From Lytechinus pictus (taxonomy: Eukaryota), in assembly GCF_037042905.1 (NCBI RefSeq), contig NC_087251.1, positions 8,124,001 through 8,188,000 of the forward strand: DNA of 64,000 bases, in the 5' to 3' direction. A program made the position numbers and the translations under genes. The notes beneath the pieces are model-generated. The model ran no database searches. It was not told the origin of the DNA and worked only from the letters and a program-made list of their open reading frames with translations. Positions 52,212 to 63,830 of the stretch are shown here, piece after piece. Numbering within the stretch: the stretch's first letter is position 1; every line of letters starts with the position of its first letter.

Positions 52212-52689
52212 TGTAACAGACTTTGGAGAAGAGCAGAGTCAGAGATGACACACAGCCTGAAGTCCAATGTAAGTTTGCAGCAGTTGACAGGTCTTGTTAA
52301 ACCAATGCTAAACTGATAAATGATGTACCAGGGTGCCTGCTCAAAATTAGCAAGGGTACCTGGTGGAGGCCTTTTAAAAGGAGTATCATTATGATCCAGT
52401 GCCTGTTACAAAGATATTTATGATAATTCTCAAATTCGCAATGGTCCATCATGATCATTATTGCATGAATATTTTGTTCAAAATATTGATTATAAAATGA
52501 TCAAAATTGTTCAAATTTTGCAAAAGATTACAACCATTGCGTTGAAAGGCCTGAAATAATTAATTGAACTCTGATATAGGAAAAGGCATTTCAAAAATAC
52601 AAAGTAATTATGTATTGCAACTCCTTGGCACTAAATTATTGTCATTAATATCATTAAATGAATGAAAATTATTTCATTGAGTTAACTGA

Positions 52690-53442
52690 TCACAAAATTG
52701 CATGAATGCTTGGTAGGTTTTTTGTGAGAGACATTCCAACTCTCTTGAATAACTTCTTTCTTTTACCAACATGTGGCATCTTGAGATTGATACGCCAAAC
52801 TTTACTTTCCAACGGAATAACATGAGTCTTCTTTGATAAAGGTTTGACAGGCTTAACAATCTGAAAGATATCCCTCAACCCACCAGACCTTGATCTAGAT
52901 CGCTTGCTCATTTTGCCATGTCTTGTCCTGGATGTTTGGAACCTTTGACCTGGTGATTTGCTTGGAATCTTTCCCGTTGTCTTAGGAAGCTCCGGATTAA
53001 CTGTCCTTGGTTTTGATGGTATGGGAAGCACTTTACCAGCATTCTTAACATGGCGTTGTCTAAACATCGTTCCATCAAAGGTAACTCTTTCATTCACCAA
53101 GTCTTGTAAACTCGCTGTATGCTCCATATGCTTGTCCAACCTTTCCATAACCTGAAGTGCATCGGTTTCAATACCAAGTCTTACACTGAGACTATCTCCA
53201 AAATAGGAATACAATTCAGAATACAGCTCCATGAAGTTATTGTGTTTCCTTGGAGGTTTCTCTTTGAGATGTGGGGTAAGGTTTCCGGAGGAAGCACTAA
53301 GTTGAGTTACATAGCTCGCCGTACCAAAGGCAAACTCTGGCATGTTTCTGGGGCTATCACATGGTGAACTTGTCTGGCTTGGTAGATCCGTCTCTTTCTC
53401 CCCTTTATGATACTTGTGCCTCAGAAGAGTTTCAGCTGCAGT
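52690..53442 (-). CDS. TAF6L: TAF6L terminal coding exon (TAAETLL...ELYSELYSYFGDSL...basic tail*)
   Basis: Acceptor ttttactttaag|ACT, 99 nt upstream of and in frame with the 217-aa ORF; conserved LYxELYxxFGDSL motif. Confidence 0.9.
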   Translation of the reverse strand, partial: TAAETLLRHKYHKGEKETDLPSQTSSPCDSPRNMPEFAFGTASYVTQLSASSGNLTPHLKEKPPRKHNNFMELYSELYSYFGDSLSVRLGIETDALQVMERLDKHMEHTASLQDLVNERVTFDGTMFRQRHVKNAGKVLPIPSKPRTVNPELPKTTGKIPSKSPGQRFQTSRTRHGKMSKRSRSRSGGLRDIFQIVKPVKPLSKKTHVIPLESKVWRINLKMPHVGKRKKLFKRVGMSLTKNLPSIHAIL

Positions 53443-56400
53443 CTTAAAGTAAAACAGGCAAAGATTTTCAAATAAATCAAAATTTGACTGCTTCCTATAC
53501 TATTCTACTCCTCTTCCTGAAAAAATTAGTAACTTCTACTTAGATTAAACCTAAAAGATAAAATATGTCCATGATTTGTTTGCTTGACACCAAGTAATCC
53601 TCAATTGATTAAGGTAACCAACATTTTCCACTGAACCTGTATTAATTCATCTATGGAAACATAAATATTGACAAATGTGCCAAATTTTCACAGAAACCAT
53701 TAGAAATCATCAGGACAAATAGACTACATAAATGTTTAAGATGACTTACTAAGAGAGCTCCATGAACCTTATGACCATCTTCCTTCACCCTTGTAATAGA
53801 TGTATCTTCTAAGATCTGCTGTAGGGTCACCCAATAACTGGATAGTCTTGGACATAACACATCCTCAACAGCCTGCAAGACAATATCCATTAAAGAATAG
53901 TCATCCTTAAACAGGTCAAATGTACATGGATTTATGAAATTACTTTGACAAACACAAATCCCAGTGATCAAGAAAACAAAAAGCAATTAAAAGAACAGAT
54001 CTGTTATCAACCTTGACAAGGCAGTGTTTCATTTGATTTAACTGCACTTTAAATTATAATTACTGATTTATGCAACATAAACGCTATTACATCAAAGTAA
54101 AACATGAAACACAAATCATTTGTCACTCAAAACACTTTATATCCTACTAGTACTTCTACTACTAAATTTCTAAAATTTTCATAATGAACTTATTTGTGGG
54201 GCTTAGAATGACAAACACGGATCACTGATCGTTCCTTGGTCAATGAACACAAATCATAATAATATTTACACTGTGCAAATTAAAGATAACCTACATACCT
54301 GTGGACCTAAAGCAATGAGTCCCATCACGGCTCCATAATAGGTACAAAGAGGTCTGGCAGGGTCATTCATTACTTCTTGAAATGCTGTCAACATCTGATG
54401 ATGGAACTTGTTCTTAGATTCCTTAGAACATCTGTACATGAAAATGAAAACAAAACCCTATATATTACTGTCACAAGGTTACATTGGGATAGGATTGGAG
54501 TGAAAGTGAAGTGGGAGATGACTATACATAATATTGACAATCATCTGTGGAGCACATGTTGCAAGCACAGGCCAAATATATGCTTATCCACTTAACATTA
54601 TCCACATTGTACAGTAAATCCTGGCAATTGGTGTGAACATTCTTGCAATGGAGTAGAGGAAGAACAAGAGTCCTGCTTGACAAGCCTTGTTGTTCAATAG
54701 TATACTGCTATACTAGTAGTTTAAATCATTTCTTTCATAATAATTGCAGCCATCTTCAAAGCCTTTTTTAAATCTTTCACTGAATGAAATTTCAGCGGTA
54801 ACTTGAAATTTGCAGTATGTTTAATCCCAGCTGAGAACTAACAACAAGTGCCACGTAACACAAAGGTTAGCGATTAATCGCTTATTTGAAAGAGTGCTTC
54901 AGATTGGTTCGTATTCAGTCTACTGAGAAAAAAGTCATGCAACGATGGTCTTGTTGGGCCATTTCATTTAGGGATTGATCACTTATCTATGTGTTACACA
55001 GTCCAAGTCTACATAACGTGAAAGAAGTGTTCAATCGCAAAATTTGAAACGCCCAATAAAAACCACTGCTGCATAAAAAATCGGTCAAAAGACTGAACAG
55101 TACCACATCAAAATTGTTAAAAAGTTGCAACTGATGGCAAATCTTTGTATGAAGGTTCATAGGACTGACCTTAAGATTGGCAGAAGCAACCTAGCAGCAT
55201 AGTCTCTGAGACCCCAGTGGTCATTGATGGGATTGATAGAGACAGCCAAGGGTTCTAAGATACAGTACATCACAGTAGACACTAACTGGATCATCTGAAT
55301 ACAACAGAGAAAAGAACATTATATTCCTGTATTAGAATATATTAGTATTTATTCTATGACCTCCCATGTCAATCATCTAGCTACTGCTAAAAAAATCTGA
55401 ATGAACAGCAACACATGCCTTACTGATTTTATTGCATATGTGAGGATTAGGTTGCTGCCTTACAAGAGTTTCAAATTACTTCTATACAAAGACATTGGAA
55501 ATTTAATAGGTTAACTAATGTCCATCGCTGTCTGTCATGTATAGCGAGAACAATAGTCTGACAATCCTTACAAGGGCTATTCCCTTGACACATACCAAGG
55601 TCAGGTTCTTAAAAATAAGTTCATTTCTACAAATCCTAACAAGCGATTCTATATAGTCCACTTTTTGTTTGTTTCACATCGTGAACGGACCAGAATACTG
55701 GTACATTCATAATGGTATTTTTTAGCGTAGTTGTTACTACATTATAACCAGTGTTGTGCTCCTCAAGGTCAGCCATTGCGACGATTATGTAGGCAAGGTC
55801 TTGCACTAATCCACAGATATCTAGTCCTTGGCTTATAGTGTCTGAAGTCCTTGACCTCAGGGTAGGTCCTCTGGCAATGCCAGGATGAGGCCAGACAAGG
55901 CCAGGATATACTTCAGAAATAAGGAGGGATAATATACCAAACTATTGTTTATATAAATTAAGTTTTAGTGTTGTGATCTATGAGCCAATCACATTGCCAT
56001 CTGCTCGGACATGTAGTCCTTGACTTTAGACTCAGAGGTCTGAAGAATGGTGCTATGGCCTTGGACATTCTGGCCTCATTGGTTCTGACATTCTGGCTTT
56101 GTGCACAACACTGATGACTACCTTGGATTGATGAACTCACAACCTTAAGTGCATCTTAAATAAATAGAAAAGTGACTAGAGGGTGCATTTGTTTGTATAT
56201 CAGAAATGAAATAATAAACAGAGCTGAAAATAACATGCTTACATAAGGACCGAGATAGATGAACTGATTCCTGACAAGTGCATCAATGATGTATAGAAGA
56301 CCTGTGAGTTGATAGAGCTCTAAACTGACTACCTTCACACCAACTGATACAAAGTTGACCAGGTAAGGAAGTAAACCTGCTATCTTACTGTTTGTCTGAA

Positions 56401-59400
56401 GATCTACTAACACAACCTGTAAAAACACATCAATCAAAGAAGGTTGTGATTTGAAGACATTCAAGTGTACCAAGGGTTTAAATATGAAATTTTACACCTT
56501 GAAATCTTGTTCACACTGTACATTATGCATGTTCTTCTTGTTCATTAGATTTTTAGTCTAATGATTTAATTGTCAAATATTCATTACAAACTTGCCAACC
56601 CAGTCAGTCAAAAAAGAAGGACAAGTAAAAAATATGGAAATTGCTATATTTTGTATGTAGTATTGCCAGACTTTTTAAAGATAGTTGACACACTGTCATC
56701 ATGGATGAAAATCACCCCCAAGAAAAAGAAATAGGGGCATTGGCATGTATGCTTTTGTACTTGCCATTCACACACAGTATTTCATTATACATGTATGTAA
56801 TCAATAAATGCTAAACCAACATCTGGGTAAGTGTCTCATTTGGCTGTCCATAGAAATATTGACAGGTAAATTTTTTTTTTTTAGAAACTGAAACAAACCA
56901 TACATGTGAAATGTGGGGAGTGTTTCATAACATGATCTTAAACAATTTTTTTAGACAACTGTTACAATCTACTGAAATCCATACATCAGTTGGATTAGGA
57001 GCAAAGTTGTTACTGAAAATTTATGATATTGAAACACTACCAAGATTACCTTTGTAGCCTCCTCATCTGTGCCAAGGATAGCCTTGACGATATGCTGATA
57101 GTAAGTGACTTGATCAGACGACAACATCTCCATGCTGTGGGTCATGCCTATCATACATAGATAAAGAATACCAAAGAGTGTTAAAAGGTTTCATTCACAC
57201 ATCACAAAATGTTGGTTCAATTTGGGGAGAATGTTCATTACAAACTCAATTTGTCTATTTACTGAATGAACAGCCTGCCACATAAAAAACATTAATATCT
57301 TACCTCACAAATAATCATTCTTTTTTTCAAGGACTGTATACATTGTAATATTGTATATGTGGCTAGTTGATAATCATTAGCTTCAACACCACAAGATGGT
57401 GATATATCATGCCCCTATTTTTATCAATCAATGACAAACATATGAACCATAAACAATGCAGATATTAATTCTTTGAGCCCTGCACCCAAAAAGGGAAATG
57501 TGTATTAAATCCATATTGTTCATTAGGTAAAGGCAATGTTATTTACCTTGACCTTGAACTCCAAGGATTTTCTGAATACCTTCAGCAGCAGCTTGACCTG
57601 CAGAGATAAAGGGAAAAAGGAAATTCAATCACCACGGCAAGTGGAATGCCCCTGGTAGCTTTGCCTACATTTAGGGTTGCAAAATTCCTGAGAATTTTCG
57701 CAGTGGAAACTTTCCATGGGAATACACAGGAATTTATTTGGAATTTTGGGAATTTTCAAGAAATGTTGGGAATTTTCAAAAAGTAGCAATTTTCTGATAT
57801 TTATATGCAGAAATTGAAAGGAGTACCCTGGGAGATGATGCTTGATTGTGATGCTTTGTCAGCAATTTGATATCACAAAAGATGAAATGAATAACAATTA
57901 CTAATCTCAAGGTCAAATTTCATTTGAGGTCAACACACTTGGTGCATGTTTTTTCCCCCTTTGTGAAAAATTATTCATCTTGATTTTTTTCAAAGTCAGC
58001 CATTATAATGTTATATCTTGCCCCCCCCCCCATTTTTTGGGGGGTGGAGGGGGGCATCTCAGAAATAAATTAATAATTTGATATTGTTCATTCCTGTACC
58101 TGATTTTCCTATTTTAGCCAGTGCCATAGCTGCTGATGGGATTAGTCTGCTGTGCAAACCTAGTCTGCAGGCACAGACCCTGATTGAAACCTTGATCAAC
58201 AAGTGGGTCTCCACAAAGACTACGCACGAGCACATACAAAACTTACTATTTCCTGAGCGAGAAGGCTTTGCACAGCAGACTAGTGCAAACCCTTCACTCG
58301 AGGAAAGAGGTCTGAATATGCAGCCTAAGGTTTCTGCCAATGACTTCTGTATAGAAGTTCCTTTTGTTCAACAGAAAGTTGTATTCGTGTTAGTCTTGTG
58401 TGAAGACCCACTTGTGGATCAAAGTTTGAATAAGGGTCTGTGCGTGCAGACATGTAGGGGGCACTGTTCTATTCACATGGAAGGCAGGTTCTTATATGTA
58501 CATAAAAAAACCCTTGACATTTAAAGAAAAATGAAAAATAGTGTAATGCAAAGTTTTATTTTTTTCATTGTTGAATTGAAAAAAAAATCATTTTGTACAT
58601 TATGCTCCATCATGTTACTGGATACATGTACTATAATGTATTTATGTACAGTTTGATGAATATTTTATACTCTGGGCAATTTAAAGAATGAAGAATAGTT
58701 TAAATACAAGTGAAAATATAATATTTGAGGATATCAATTTATAATTTTGTATTTAAAATCACAATTTATCACTTTTTGTGAAAAATTAAAAATTCCCGAA
58801 AATTCCCGAAACTTTCCATGGAAATTTTCCAAAATTTCCAGCCCTTTGAAACCCTATCTACATTTAAAAAAATTGCTTTAATTTAATTCTTTACTTTGAG
58901 ACCTGATAATCTAGTATGATTTATGATATTGAATGTTACATTAACTTTCAGCACAGTGCAATATAAACTTTTTAAATTTTGATAAGATTTTTTTGTATGT
59001 CAATTAATTATCAATACTTGAGTTTACTTGAAACATGGAATGCCCCAGGACATGAACTTTGTGACCAAGAAATCGAGTCAAAGAACACTAAATACATTTT
59101 ATATTCGATATTCATGGATTTCAAAATATCAAGATAGACATGTGGTTTTAAACTCAGATTGATATTTCAAAACTCAGAAGGAGAGACTGGAGAGTAGAAA
59201 ATGATTGTCTGGATAATGTGCATGGTGTTAATTTTTCAAAACAACATACCTGGATCACTTGATTGAACAACAGTCTTGTGAACACCTTCTAAAGCTAGCC
59301 AATTAGCTGCAGAAATCAGCAAAAACATAAGAGGGATTATAAAAATAATATTTCATGAATTTGTTAACTGAAAGGGAGGCACGTCATCATAAAGTAATAG

Positions 59401-61018
59401 ATTTAATAAAAAATTGTTTACACAACTTCATGAAACAGAATGGGATGGTGCTAAGCTGTTAAAAGTTATGCATGACTTGAAAATCAACTGGTGACCATTT
59501 AGTGAATGCTGAATTCGATTCACATTTGGTAATCATAAAATCCAATCTTTGTAGATTAAAATCATCATTTTCTAACAATCATCAATGGAAAAATTCAATA
59601 TTATTCAACTGTTAAAAATGATCATAAGAAATGAAACTATATTATTACAGAACAAGAAAAATTCATCAGTCAGGCATAAATTCCAAACAGCTTTATGAAA
59701 CATTGTCTTAGTCAATGCAATTGCTAATTGTATGCTTCTGTGTACATCTCATACCGTATAATAAGATTGTTTTCATATTTTGTTTCAAAACCCATCCATT
59801 CAGAAAACTTTGGTATGATAAAATCAATAGAAAGCATGTTTATGACAAAACAAAATAATACATGTACATGTAATACCAAACCTTTTAGAGAGGTGTTTCC
59901 TGCACTGTTGGGTATCTTGGTATCCATGGCGATCTCAGGTAAACTCAGATCTCGGTCTTCCACAAAATAAAGATTAGTATCCTTAATCTGTCTAAACACA
60001 GCAGGTTCATTAGACCCATAACCATGAATGGGCTGGATTGGAAAAACAAAACAGCAAATTATCATAATTGTTTAGGCCCAATTCATTAGTAGGCCTATGT
60101 ACTAAATTTTATGATAAACAGCCTACAAGTTTATGATTCCAGTAGTTACTTGTTAATAATCCAACCACTTTGTAATTCATTGACATGGTGTATTAGTACT
60201 ACACCTTTCACATAATTCTTTGAATTTGTTACATCTTTAATGCTGTATCCTTTGACTTTATACTTTTTTAAATAATTATTAATGCAAAGTATTTTTATTT
60301 ATATGGCAGCAATGCTCTAAACTATACAGGTGAATTGCTAATTTGGCACATGAGAAATCATTTCTTGGCAATGGAAATGTATGCATTAAGATTCATTATA
60401 TGACACCTTGATCCCTGCCATTTGATTGGTTGTTTGATTCAGCCCATTTTTCATGACATCATCATCCGTGCAATTATGGATCCATACAATTTTGTCCATT
60501 GTACGCACGTACCGAGACCCCAGGCCAGCCCCATGCACCACAAGTAAAACACTTGTGTTTGCAGCGCATGTACGTGACAATCAACAGACCAAGCTCTCAC
60601 TGTGCACAGTATGAGCATATTTTGCATCAAAATTCATGAATTTCAAATAACAAGCATCGATTTTTAGGTGTCATATAAACAAAATAATGTTTTTCATTCG
60701 TGCAATGGACAGAATACTTCATTTGGTGAAAGATGAAATGAATGATCCATTCAACAAGGTGTAGCCTTGTTGAATGGATCATTTCATCTTTCATCTCAAT
60801 TCTCATGAAGTATTTGTACATTGCACTTATAAACATTCATTATTTGTATAATCTTCAATGGACCAATCAAAGACTGGATAAGTGCCGTAGGCATGCTCGG
60901 TGACAGCTGGGCAGATGGGGTATCTATTTACCTCTACGTCACTCCATCTTAGAGCTTTGTTGAAATCATCAGACGTCATCCGCTTCCGTTTGCTATGCTT
61001 CATAAATTGAGAACTCGC
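52690..61018 (-). CDS. TAF6L: TAF6-like SAGA/STAGA subunit, 5'-partial spliced CDS join(61018-60932, 60032-59882, 59306-59250, 57597-57547, 57147-57050, 56416-56243, 55294-55170, 54431-54299, 53872-53750, 53442-52690); 583 aa visible
   Basis: All GT-AG, phases consistent. Peptides SSQFMKHSKRKRMTSDDFNKALRWSDVE, LYFVEDRDLSL, DLQTNSKIAGLLPY, YCILEPLAVSINPINDHWGLRD, DPARPLCTYYGAVMGLIALG, VKEDGHKVHGALL and ELYSELYSYFGDSL are characteristic of TAF6L rather than TAF6. Confidence 0.93.
53750..53872 (-). CDS. TAF6L: TAF6L exon (AVEDVLCPRLSSYW...DGHKVHGALL)
   Basis: tgtcttgcag| ... TTA|GTAAGT; 123 nt. Confidence 0.93.
54299..54431 (-). CDS. TAF6L: TAF6L exon (CSKESKNKFHHQMLTAFQEVMNDPARPLCTYYGAVMGLIALGPQ)
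   Basis: ttttcatgtacag| ... CAG|GTATGT; 133 nt, phase 2 to 0. Confidence 0.93.
55170..55294 (-). CDS. TAF6L: TAF6L exon (MIQLVSTVMYCILEPLAVSINPINDHWGLRDYAARLLLPIL)
   Basis: tgttgtattcag| ... AAG|GTCAGT; 125 nt, phase 0 to 2. Confidence 0.93.
55749..56113. mobile_element. Old hAT-like MITE
   Basis: TIR cagtgttgtgc / gcacaacactg; degenerate 8-bp flanks attataac / atgactac. Confidence 0.55.
56243..56416 (-). CDS. TAF6L: TAF6L exon (VVLVDLQTNSKIAGLLPY...IYLGPY)
   Basis: gtttttacag| ... TAT|GTAAGC; 174 nt. Confidence 0.93.
57050..57147 (-). CDS. TAF6L: TAF6L exon (GMTHSMEMLSSDQVTYYQHIVKAILGTDEEATK)
   Basis: atgatag| ... AAG|GTAATC; 98 nt, phase 1 to 0. Confidence 0.9.
57547..57597 (-). CDS. 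TAF6L: TAF6L small symmetric exon (GQAAAEGIQKILGVQGQ)
   Basis: ccctttatctctgcag| ... AAG|GTAAAT; 51 nt, phase 1 to 1, open frame; no homology support. Confidence 0.65.
57672..58856. mobile_element. Non-autonomous hAT-like element with nested short TIR elements
   Basis: cctacatt|tagggttgcaaa ... tttgaaacccta|tctacatt (8-bp TSD, one mismatch); subterminal ggaatttt / aaattccc repeats. Confidence 0.8.
59250..59306 (-). CDS. TAF6L: TAF6L exon (ANWLALEGVHKTVVQSSDP)
   Basis: tttctgcag| ... CAG|GTATGT; 57 nt, phase 1 to 1. Confidence 0.88.
59882..60032 (-). CDS. TAF6L: TAF6L exon (PIHGYGSNEP...NTSLK)
   Basis: ttttccaatccag| ... AAAG|GTTTGG; 151 nt, phase 0 to 1. Confidence 0.88.
60385..60852. mobile_element. 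Repeat element with a strong internal hairpin
   Basis: gaaagatgaaatg...atgatccattcaacaagg-tgtag-ccttgttgaatggatcatttcatctttc (~60728-60792); end cattcattatttgtataat resembles the end of the 6454 element in reverse. Confidence 0.55.
60932..61018 (-). CDS. TAF6L: TAF6L exon (ASSQFMKHSKRKRMTSDDFNKALRWSDVE; C-terminal part of histone fold)
   Basis: ttcctggatag| ... GAG|GTAAAT; 87 nt. Confidence 0.92.
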
Positions 61019-61839
61019 CTATCCAGGAAAAAGAAGAGGAAAGATTAAACATTCCAGGCTGATAATAATAAACAAAAGATAGGGGAGATAGATAAAGAAA
61101 GAATAAAGGGAAATAAAGAAAGAGTAAGAGAGGAGTGAGGATAAAGAGGTTTCCTAAGCAGATGGAAATATACACCACTTGAGAGGTTAAGAGAAGATTT
61201 CCATATGTATCCCTTGCTAAAAAGTGCTAACATTATAATTATAATATTGATCTGACTTAGAAAGTTAAATAAAATCTCCAATCATGGAACAAGTATGTGT
61301 TATCCCCCCCCCCCCCGCCCCACCCTAGAAAAATGCAGCAGAGCTCAGACGCCTGATCAGGGTCAAGAATTGTGAGGGTAAAAAGTAGCAAAATTGTTCA
61401 AAAATAAAAGCAAACAAAATGTTTCCACGGCTATCCATCCAATCGTGAATATGATTACGAGTAAAAGAAACTAAGTGTGTTCAGTATGTCCATCACAAAA
61501 AGCAATATAATGTACTTAGATTGAATATTGCCCGATTGTTGTCGAGAGAGGCACGCATAGACATACATAAAATGCTTTTCATTGGCAATATATGAATATG
61601 CTTAGGGTTGAGGGGGCAGAATCCAAGCATTTTCATGCACGTTCATATATTATGAACAGAAAATATTTCTCTCAATGCCATTTTTTTTCAGGATGGGGTT
61701 ATCTAAATTGACTGAAGAATCACTATAAACTTTTGTTCATGATAATTTGGGCTAGTCGTTCAGTGCAGATTACCCCACCACCAGGTTGAATGGCTACGAT
61801 CTACTCACGTTTCTATATGAGAAGTTTGCCTCATTCTCA

Positions 61840-62592
61840 AAGAGGTGCTTTGGGCTGAAAATAATTATACCTAAAACAGACTAAAATTCACCAAGCAAAA
61901 CGCTGAAAATTTCCTTAAAATCTGACAACGAAATAACAAAGTTACTGAATTATAACATTTAGCAATATTTTGTGAACAGGTGTATGCTGTTGTCAAGGAC
62001 ATTCATTAGGTGGGCTGGTGATGACAATGGGATTGTCCTTGCTTATGAGGACTGCTATTTTTCACTTCCCCTGCAGGACAGACAGTCAACAGCAATGACA
62101 AGGATTATGGCAGTGCTACAAAAGGATTCAGTGACCTCCATTCCACGGCCCTGTTCACCATGTACTTTTTTACGTCTAGCCGTCTTCCAACAATCTTGTT
62201 GTGAAACCCGATTTGTTTACATTGACTCGATTGGCATCGGCACTTGACAGGTGAATGAACTTTCTTAGATTTCTTGTGTGGGTGGGGAAATCTTTGAAAA
62301 CTGAGAGTGAGACAGTCCCTGCAAACTAGGACTAGATCTATCCAAATTTTCTGACCAGCTCCTCTACTGAAATTTTAGAAAGTGTTATATAGATCTAGGC
62401 CTTTTATTATTCCTTCAAGTTCAAAGACTGATTTCAATCAAAGTCACATTTTCAGTATTTTGTCTGATTTTTCTTTAGACTCTAGATCCCTAGTCTAGGG
62501 TCTAGATTCTAACTTTTACAAGACCTAGATTCTAAGACCCTGTATCTGTTCCCTTCAATTTGATCATATTACTTTCATCCTGGAGTGCCCTT
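61840..62592. mobile_element. Kolobok-like element with unrelated internal sequence
   Basis: Left end ggctgaaaataat...gctgaaaatttc and right end tttcatcctggagtgccctt|ttaa match the 29147/50533 family; 62030-62430 does not match those copies. Confidence 0.55.
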
Positions 62593-62619
62593 TTAATCAG
62601 TCAATTTCATGTAAGAGTG

Positions 62620-63830
62620 GTGGGGTATTCTGCACTCGTTCCTTTGCTTTTATTTTTTTTAATCTTGACTTTGGGCGCTAATGCAGTTTCGCACCGGCTG
62701 ACTACCTATACCAGCAGTACCGTACCAGCATACATCACCACCAGTAATTGTTCGCCAATGTCATGGCAAGGCTCTCAGTCACATTTCGAGGTCAATAATA
62801 TGCCCACCGCTTTTCCAAATATCGTGTTTGGGATTGGCTGTATTTAGCTCTGATCTCAACGTTATCGTTCAACTTCTCAGACATCGCTTCGCTTGGCCTC
62901 GCCGTAATTTTGATGGACTGAAGTTAGTGACCAAAAGATTTGCCTGGCCTGCGGCAGCTCACCCATTTGTATGCCGCCGCATTTTCACATGATTTTGGAT
63001 GCTAACTTTAGTCCAAATAAAAATTACGATGAAGCCAAGCGAAGCGATGTCTGTCCGAGAATCTGAACAACATCGAGATCGAACCCGAAATACATGTACA
63101 GCCTTTCCTGATCGTGGTATTTGGAAAAGTGGTGTGCATATGCATATTGACCGTCACCTTGTGATTCTGATTGAGTTGAGCCAGAGGCCATGAGATGAGG
63201 GACTTTAATTCTAACAATGACTAGGCTGGCATTTCCGAACAATTACTACTGGTGAGGTATGCTGGCAATTGGCCAGTGCAAATCTGGGTCAGTGGCTTCA
63301 GCGCCAATCTTTGTTACTCTTTGATTCTTGATCCAACTCCCTGTCCTGCACGACCCTAGCTTCACGTAGCTACGACCTACATAGACCCAGGCCAGGGTAG
63401 CCAGGAGGCTCCTTGAGAGTAAAAATAATTTACTATAAACGTGTGCTTACTTTCCATAAAGCCAGGGATTGCATCCTATTCATGTGCGTGTACCGCGAAA
63501 AAACTGAAACTTTCACCCCCAAGATATCTACTTTCCTTCTAAAAGATCTAGCCCTAAATCATGTAAATAGGATACAACTTCATTTCGGACATTTCTATAT
63601 TGATTTCATTTTTAAACAAGAATTCATTTAAAAAATGAGAAAAATATTATGAAAAGACGGGGAAAACTTGCGGGATGTTTACGACCTCATCTTGTTGATT
63701 TTTGTTCTTCGCCAACGTTACAGACGTCAGACGCATGTCCTCGATATGCGTCTGTAACGTTGGCGAAGAACAAAAAGAAACAAGATGGCGATGTAAGTTT
63801 TCACTGTCTTTTCCGCCCTTTTCTTGTTAG
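62620..63830. promoter_or_regulatory. CpG-rich promoter-like region upstream of TAF6L containing two inverted repeats
   Basis: CpG density far above flanks; minus-strand donor-like sites TGG|GTGAGC (~62961) and AAA|GTAAGC (~63450); plus-strand AAGATGGCG (YY1-like or start codon). Confidence 0.5.
63785..63792 (+). CDS. Candidate first coding micro-exon (ATG GCG AT|gtaagt) of a divergent gene continuing beyond the window
   Basis: Strong start context AACAAGATGGCG immediately followed by consensus donor GTAAGT in a CpG-rich region; no downstream exon visible. Confidence 0.4.

Noticed and set aside
53300..53442. Possible frameshift in the last TAF6L exon
   Set aside because: On recount the acceptor is exactly 99 nt upstream of the ORF ATG (…AGC CCC AGA AAC ATG), so the frame is intact.
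58078..58524. 148-aa ORF as a transposase remnant or nested gene
   Set aside because: It spans the inverted arms of short repeat elements and has no recognisable motif.
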